Translations under genes and position numbers: made by a program
IMG/VR virus record: IMGVR_UViG_3300031466_000001
Location: 128,001 to 192,000 of that record
Reading direction: 5' to 3' (one strand)
DNA: 64,000 nt
Source of the DNA: a virus
Taxonomy: Duplodnaviria > Caudoviricetes
Shown here: positions 58,780 through 64,000 of the stretch, piece after piece
How positions within the stretch are numbered: position 1 is the stretch's first letter
Layout: every line of letters begins with the position of its first letter
The notes under the pieces: model-generated
The model's database searches: none
The model's input: only the letters and a program-made list of their open reading frames with translations
What the model was told of the DNA's origin: nothing

Positions 58780-59295
58780 TTAATAGATCAATCGTTCAAT
58801 TACTTCCCTCGGTATATATGACATGAGAACTCTGTCGAGTATAATGATTTTTCGCCCTTTTATATCAAATTCCTTGAATAAGCGTTTAGTTAGTTCATCG
58901 ATCGTTGTGTCCACAAGAATCGTTGTCCATATGTAACCTCCTTTATCGGAAGGGACAATGAACCCTGCTTTAGTTAACTCTTTAATTCCACTTTGCTTAT
59001 ATCGCATTTTTCCAATCAAAATACCAGCAGGTTGCACTCCGAGTTCTTTCTCCAAAATGCCTATGATCCTACTATTCGGGTGGCTAATATAATTATGAAG
59101 TAGCTCGCATTTGATACTATCACAAATACTTTTTTCACATTTAACCACAGAAATATCACCGCAAAAATATGTGGCTTGCTTACCGCATATAACACATTTA
59201 AACCTAGAGTGGTATTTGCAAACTATATTTCCTTTAAGAGCGTCATTAAAACAAACTGAGCCTTGTGAATCAACAAATATACATTTTTGCTCCAA
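58780..59295 (-). CDS. Zinc-finger protein (paralog of 58282-58752)
   Basis: CVICGKQA...CDSIKC..H...H; V.PA...KAG. Confidence 0.65.
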   Translation of the reverse strand: MEQKCIFVDSQGSVCFNDALKGNIVCKYHSRFKCVICGKQATYFCGDISVVKCEKSICDSIKCELLHNYISHPNSRIIGILEKELGVQPAGILIGKMRYKQSGIKELTKAGFIVPSDKGGYIWTTILVDTTIDELTKRLFKEFDIKGRKIIILDRVLMSYIPREVIERLIY

Positions 59296-59542
59296 AAAAA
59301 CACACCTCGCCAAAAACCGGTATTATTTCTTTCAATTGAACTTGGACATATGACACAAATAATAAATAAAATTTTATTAATTAACCCTTTATTTATTAAC
59401 TCTGTCATATATCCAAGCATTATAATTATTTGAATTATCCATATTTATTATACCTCTCTATTTTATAATTTTTAATTATAAATACTTTATTCGTTATAAT
59501 GATAAAATAAAGGCGGGTGTTAAAAAGGTTTCACCTCCTTAA

Positions 59543-59902
59543 TTAAATAACGAACGAAAACATTTTCGGACTTAAAACCGAAAAGTCAAAATACCTTTGA
59601 CTGAGATTTGAGCGTTTGATGAAATTTACACACCCGCCTTTAATCTTTTTTACAGCCTTACGGATTTTGTCTTCGAGAGTAATTCCCAAGAGACGTTCAA
59701 AGAAATTTGGTGCTTCGACGATTACTTTATATCGTTCGGTGCAAATGTCGGCTCCAGGAAGTTCCCGGTACAAAGAAGCAAAGACTACTACTCCACCTTC
59801 AAGTTCTTCAAACTCTTGAATATTGAACCGTGCATAAAATTCCTCATTAATGATAACATGGCCTGCATCTTCATTGACACACCGCATTATCGCGTTATAC
59901 AC
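59543..59902 (-). CDS. Hypothetical protein
   Basis: RBS GAGGTG, GTG start. Confidence 0.6.
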   Translation of the reverse strand: MYNAIMRCVNEDAGHVIINEEFYARFNIQEFEELEGGVVVFASLYRELPGADICTERYKVIVEAPNFFERLLGITLEDKIRKAVKKIKGGCVNFIKRSNLSQRYFDFSVLSPKMFSFVI

Positions 59903-59914
59903 ATTATCACCTCT

Positions 59915-60529
59915 TTATTCTGTTTTCTTAGATTTATAGTGCTTCTCGATCAATAAGGCCGTTTCGATGAAATCCTTATTGATTGTTAAGATAACCTCCT
60001 TGTTATTGGTTATATTGAAATTCTTGACAAGAATATCCAAATCGAGTTTAGCTGCCTTATCGATCAATTCGCTGGTTTCGTCAATGTAATCTCCATTAAA
60101 CAGCTCAGGATTGACCTTGACAACGAACCTAGTTTCCAGAACTCCGCTTTCATTCCGAATGATGAATTGAATTTTTACGGGATCTTCAAATTCCCCTTTA
60201 TCGATGATCTTGACTTTAGGTTTGCTCAGAAGTTTCTTTATTTTGTTATACAAAATTCGCACATCCTTGGTAGTGCGAATGAGAGGCTGAACGAAAAGCG
60301 GAGTTATGATATACATTCCAGATTGTGATAATTCTTTCTTGTAAACGAAGTTACCGGACAGGCTTTTCCTTGTTACAGTAACTTTGGAATTTCCTCGTTC
60401 GCGGGAGAAGATGAGGATTCCATTAACGGCATTATACTCCTTATCGAAGTATAACCTTTCATTTTTGCCGTTGGTGCGGTTGAAGATGGAACCGCTTTTG
60501 GTGAGAAAAATAAACATATTATTTTTCAT
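59915..60529 (-). CDS. Hypothetical early protein
   Basis: Early motif at 60623-60632; RBS AGGGG. Confidence 0.65.
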   Translation of the reverse strand: MKNNMFIFLTKSGSIFNRTNGKNERLYFDKEYNAVNGILIFSRERGNSKVTVTRKSLSGNFVYKKELSQSGMYIITPLFVQPLIRTTKDVRILYNKIKKLLSKPKVKIIDKGEFEDPVKIQFIIRNESGVLETRFVVKVNPELFNGDYIDETSELIDKAAKLDLDILVKNFNITNNKEVILTINKDFIETALLIEKHYKSKKTE

Positions 60530-60717
60530 AAACTTTTGAATCCCCTAAGCCTTGGTAAAAGGAGATTCTTATGTCCACTCCCCTCTTTATAATTATTAAT
60601 TTTTTTTGATTGATTCACGATTATAATATATAATTTTCGCTGCTAAAATTACTAAAAAACATAAAAAAATGGCATAGATGGTGAGTTTTCAATCACCATC
60701 TATGCCATTATTTACCA

Positions 60718-61599
60718 TTAGGAAGTATAAATACGGTATACGATCGTCAGATCTTTGTTGGCGGTAAGCATTTCGTTGTTGATATTGATCTTCGAGAACA
60801 TTTTTACTTGCTTATAGTCCTCACTACCATCAGCAAGTTCACCTTTTACACCTGTAAACAGGCCGATGGAGTTAATCCGCGCTTTTTCGATTTCGCCAAT
60901 ATTTTCAAAATATTCGCGACAATCGAGTTTCGAGATCTTCAAAATCATTTCTACGAATGTTTCGATCGGGTCTGTGCGAGAGGTGTTATGAACATCCGGT
61001 TCAACTTCGGTTCCATCCTCGTCACCTTCGCCATCAGCCCAGAGGACTTTAATTACCGGATCTGTTTCAAACCTCTTCAGGAAGTAAGAGATTTTACCGT
61101 CACCTTCAGTGCGACGGAACCAATACTTGTCAACATCCGCAGCATCCAACGGTTGATCCGTTTGACGGAACGGAATCATGTCGTCGATTTCACGATCAAC
61201 AAAACGTACATCGTGCACTGAAGTAATCGTATCGCCAGCGCCACCAATACCAACACCGAAGAGGCATACACCATTTCCTTTGGGATATGTTTCAGTAATC
61301 GGCGGACCGTCGGTAGCAATACCCATGATATCGTTGAGATACGCTACAGTAAGCGGAGAAATAACGTTGAATACTTTCTCCAGAACGAAGAGAGCTCCGC
61401 CAAGGACGATCATGTTTTGATCATCGAACCGTTTCTCTTCGAACAAAACTTCACCCAGTTCATTCTGTCCAAGATAGCCATAACCGCCGATAACACGCGT
61501 CTTAAAAACAGATTTTCCGCTTCTGGCAATTTGATTTCCGATAACCTTATCATAGGAGTTAAGGGTATCATTAAGCGTTAAAATTTTCGGTTTACTCAT
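60718..61599 (-). CDS. Putative baseplate/tail structural protein
   Basis: N.IV..G, FGVG.GG and INSIGLF motifs resembling fibre-attachment/baseplate proteins; late motif at 61630-61641. Confidence 0.6.
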   Translation of the reverse strand: MSKPKILTLNDTLNSYDKVIGNQIARSGKSVFKTRVIGGYGYLGQNELGEVLFEEKRFDDQNMIVLGGALFVLEKVFNVISPLTVAYLNDIMGIATDGPPITETYPKGNGVCLFGVGIGGAGDTITSVHDVRFVDREIDDMIPFRQTDQPLDAADVDKYWFRRTEGDGKISYFLKRFETDPVIKVLWADGEGDEDGTEVEPDVHNTSRTDPIETFVEMILKISKLDCREYFENIGEIEKARINSIGLFTGVKGELADGSEDYKQVKMFSKININNEMLTANKDLTIVYRIYTS

Positions 61600-61642
61600 T
61601 CGTACATTCCACCCTTTCGATATTTTCATTATTAATATGTTT

Positions 61643-64000
61643 TTAGATTTCTCTTTGTATTATGATTTTGTCGCGCATATTTAACTGTGTTTTGTTAATA
61701 ATCTGTTTGTTTAATGAATGTATAATTGATTTGTATCTAAATGTAAAATCATCTATCAGCTTTTTATATGCGGTAATGGATTTAAGTTTATCGTGTGTAT
61801 TGAATGATTTGTCTTTACTGGTGAATGTAGCACTGAAACCTTGTTTTTCATAAAAACTTAAAATATCTCTAAATTCATCGCTAGTAATTATTTGATAAAG
61901 TTCATCTGCAATAACTTTGATTGATTCGTCTTTGAATAAAAAGTCCGATGTACTGCTCCTAAGTTTATCATAGATATTAAAGTCTTTATCCTTCAATGTA
62001 AACGATTCGCTGAATTTATATTTATCGGCAACATCTAAATCTTCGCTAAATTTATTCTCTACACTTAAACTGTGTAAATCATCATTAAGTACTTTCAACG
62101 TCGAGTCTTTTAATGTGAACCCTACATTCATAGATTTAATTATATCAAAAAAAGTCATCGGGTCTTTGTGCAAAATAGTACAGAGAAATTCTTGTCTTTC
62201 GTATGGGGATAAGATATCTTTTAAAAACATAGTGACAAATAATCCGATATTATCGTTCAATTTAAGAAGATTTTTAAATTGTGATCTAACTTCTATATCA
62301 TCTAAACCATCTTCCAACAATTGTTGGTCGGAGAGTTTAATATTAGAAGTCATATGAATAAAATCAAGTAATTCTAAGAAATCTTTTTCGCTCAATCCGG
62401 CACCAACCTTAACGCTATCTGCATATTTCATAATGAGACCTGTATCTGTTTGTGCAAAAGTTTTGGTCATCGATTTGATCTTACCGATAACTCTAATCAT
62501 ATTGAAATATCTGCTATCAAGAAGATAAAGAATATTAAAGGATGTTAAGTCTGTGGTATAAGATTTAAAGAATCTTATCAATGTAACTGCTGCATTTAAT
62601 AGCAAGCTATTAGATTCGTTGATAATATAGAGATATTTGAGGTCTGTTACCAATTGATTTAACCTGAAAAGAATATGCTCTACATATTCACCTATTAAAT
62701 CAGTTTCAACTTCTTCTACAAATTGGGCCATCATATGATCTCTATCCCACAAATATTCGATAAAAGTCTCAGCAACTTCTCCGTCACTTTTTCTAAACAA
62801 GTTTTCCATATGTTGAGTTACCATCAAAGTATCATATAATTTACGATAAGCATGATACTCTTCTATTGTCTGAACTGAACTTAGTTTTTCGACAAGAAAA
62901 TCGTTAAGATCTCGGATATTGGCATAGATTCTATTCACGTCTGCAGGAGTACTAATAGTTAGATTTTCCAAATATTTATTAATTTCAGAGTGGTCGAGAT
63001 ATTTATTGTTTCTGATTTCATTCCTAATAATACGAAAATCTAAGTTAAAATTAAAGCCCATAACTGTGAGGGTTTTGCTAGGAGTATGAATAATATTACC
63101 GGCCATATTTGTTTTCTTGGCTATGAGAGCACACAAAAGAACAGTTATATCGAAAAGATTTATATCCTTATCTTCGAACATTCGTGGGAGTTTAATAGTC
63201 ACAGTATTTAATTCGTCTTTTTTATCGATGAGCATATTGAAAATATAAGATATTTCAAAAAGCATTTCCGTTAATTTGTACATGACATTCATGCTTAAGT
63301 ATTTGGATTCGATAAAGTTAAATTCGCTCTCGTAGATAGTTTTCTTAAGCTCATCGTCTTCGTCCCACCAATAAGGGTCTTCAATAACAACCTGGGTGTA
63401 ATCCAGGATATTAGTATTATCTGACAAAGCTAAGGCGAGATTCCTTTCTCGCAGTTCTACAGATTGGAAGAAGAGTTTATACATAGTTTCATAATCGGGA
63501 ACAATTTTAACACCATCTTCGGTGACGATTTCTTTGGTTGCGAAAATAGGATTACCTTGGTCATCAAATCTATGCTCTTTAAACAAAAAGTATTTATAGA
63601 TCTTTATGTTATCTAATCCAAGGAGTGAGCAGATATCATAAAGGACTTTATCTGTACCCTTATAACGCAAAAGAGTATTAAGGTTGCGAATGAGAATTCT
63701 CTGATAGTCAATGGGTAGATTTTGAATAAACGGAACTCTATACGCATCAAAAATCATTTTAATAGAAGCAAGGTCATAGAAATCGTATTCAATACCATAT
63801 TTGAAGGTGTTTGAAATAAGTCTTTGGATGGTCATAACCATTATCATCATTGCGATAAAATTATCATAGTACTCATACTGCTTACCAAAGTTTCTATTAT
63901 AAATAACTGACATATAGTATTCCCGACATTGGTTATACGTGGTATTGAAATCCTCATTAAACGCATCAGGAATATCATTCGTCATACGCAGAATGGTGAA
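61643..64000 (-). CDS. Large baseplate-wedge-like structural protein, 5' end outside window
   Basis: Frame open to the window edge; RNLNTLLRYKGT motif and low-complexity repeats in the C-terminus. Confidence 0.65.
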   Translation of the reverse strand, partial: FTILRMTNDIPDAFNEDFNTTYNQCREYYMSVIYNRNFGKQYEYYDNFIAMMIMVMTIQRLISNTFKYGIEYDFYDLASIKMIFDAYRVPFIQNLPIDYQRILIRNLNTLLRYKGTDKVLYDICSLLGLDNIKIYKYFLFKEHRFDDQGNPIFATKEIVTEDGVKIVPDYETMYKLFFQSVELRERNLALALSDNTNILDYTQVVIEDPYWWDEDDELKKTIYESEFNFIESKYLSMNVMYKLTEMLFEISYIFNMLIDKKDELNTVTIKLPRMFEDKDINLFDITVLLCALIAKKTNMAGNIIHTPSKTLTVMGFNFNLDFRIIRNEIRNNKYLDHSEINKYLENLTISTPADVNRIYANIRDLNDFLVEKLSSVQTIEEYHAYRKLYDTLMVTQHMENLFRKSDGEVAETFIEYLWDRDHMMAQFVEEVETDLIGEYVEHILFRLNQLVTDLKYLYIINESNSLLLNAAVTLIRFFKSYTTDLTSFNILYLLDSRYFNMIRVIGKIKSMTKTFAQTDTGLIMKYADSVKVGAGLSEKDFLELLDFIHMTSNIKLSDQQLLEDGLDDIEVRSQFKNLLKLNDNIGLFVTMFLKDILSPYERQEFLCTILHKDPMTFFDIIKSMNVGFTLKDSTLKVLNDDLHSLSVENKFSEDLDVADKYKFSESFTLKDKDFNIYDKLRSSTSDFLFKDESIKVIADELYQIITSDEFRDILSFYEKQGFSATFTSKDKSFNTHDKLKSITAYKKLIDDFTFRYKSIIHSLNKQIINKTQLNMRDKIIIQREI

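Noticed and set aside
60519-60578. Possible third frameshift (GTG...GAA AAA TAA upstream of 59915-60529)
   Set aside because: The GTG has no spacing from its RBS, and the ATG at 60529 has its own AGGGG RBS

Overview
64 kb from an AT-rich lytic jumbo phage of the phiKZ-related, AR9/PBS1-like type. The host is probably a Bacillales species with an S-layer, inferred from an SLH-bearing endolysin. The window holds a tubulin/PhuZ gene (truncated at the left edge and missing from the ORF track), three split multisubunit RNA polymerase subunits, and replication genes (GyrA/GyrB-type topoisomerase, DnaB-like and Dda/RecD-like helicases, SbcD-like and PD-(D/E)XK nucleases). A + strand late cluster carries lysis, baseplate and tail-fibre genes. 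A mainly - strand accessory region carries polyphosphate kinase, HD, CYTH, DHH and HAD enzymes, two AAA ATPases and several paralog pairs. Two phage promoter classes can be read directly from the DNA: TATATATTAT (15 exact intergenic copies) and AR9-like (A/T)ACA-N6-TA. Most unusual observations: (1) two tandem genes built from 28 near-identical 132-bp beta-propeller blades with two hypervariable loops, flanking an 'empty' paralog; (2) a ~2 kb foreign GC-rich tail-fibre cassette between 75-bp perfect direct repeats, whose excision would restore an alternative in-frame fibre gene; (3) a stand-alone ~190-nt, 66% GC rod-shaped ncRNA candidate with its own promoter and terminator, possibly 6S-like; (4) a complete phage ppk1 among other phosphate/nucleotide enzymes; (5) two frameshifted genes. 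All assignments come from motif recognition by eye; no database searches were run.
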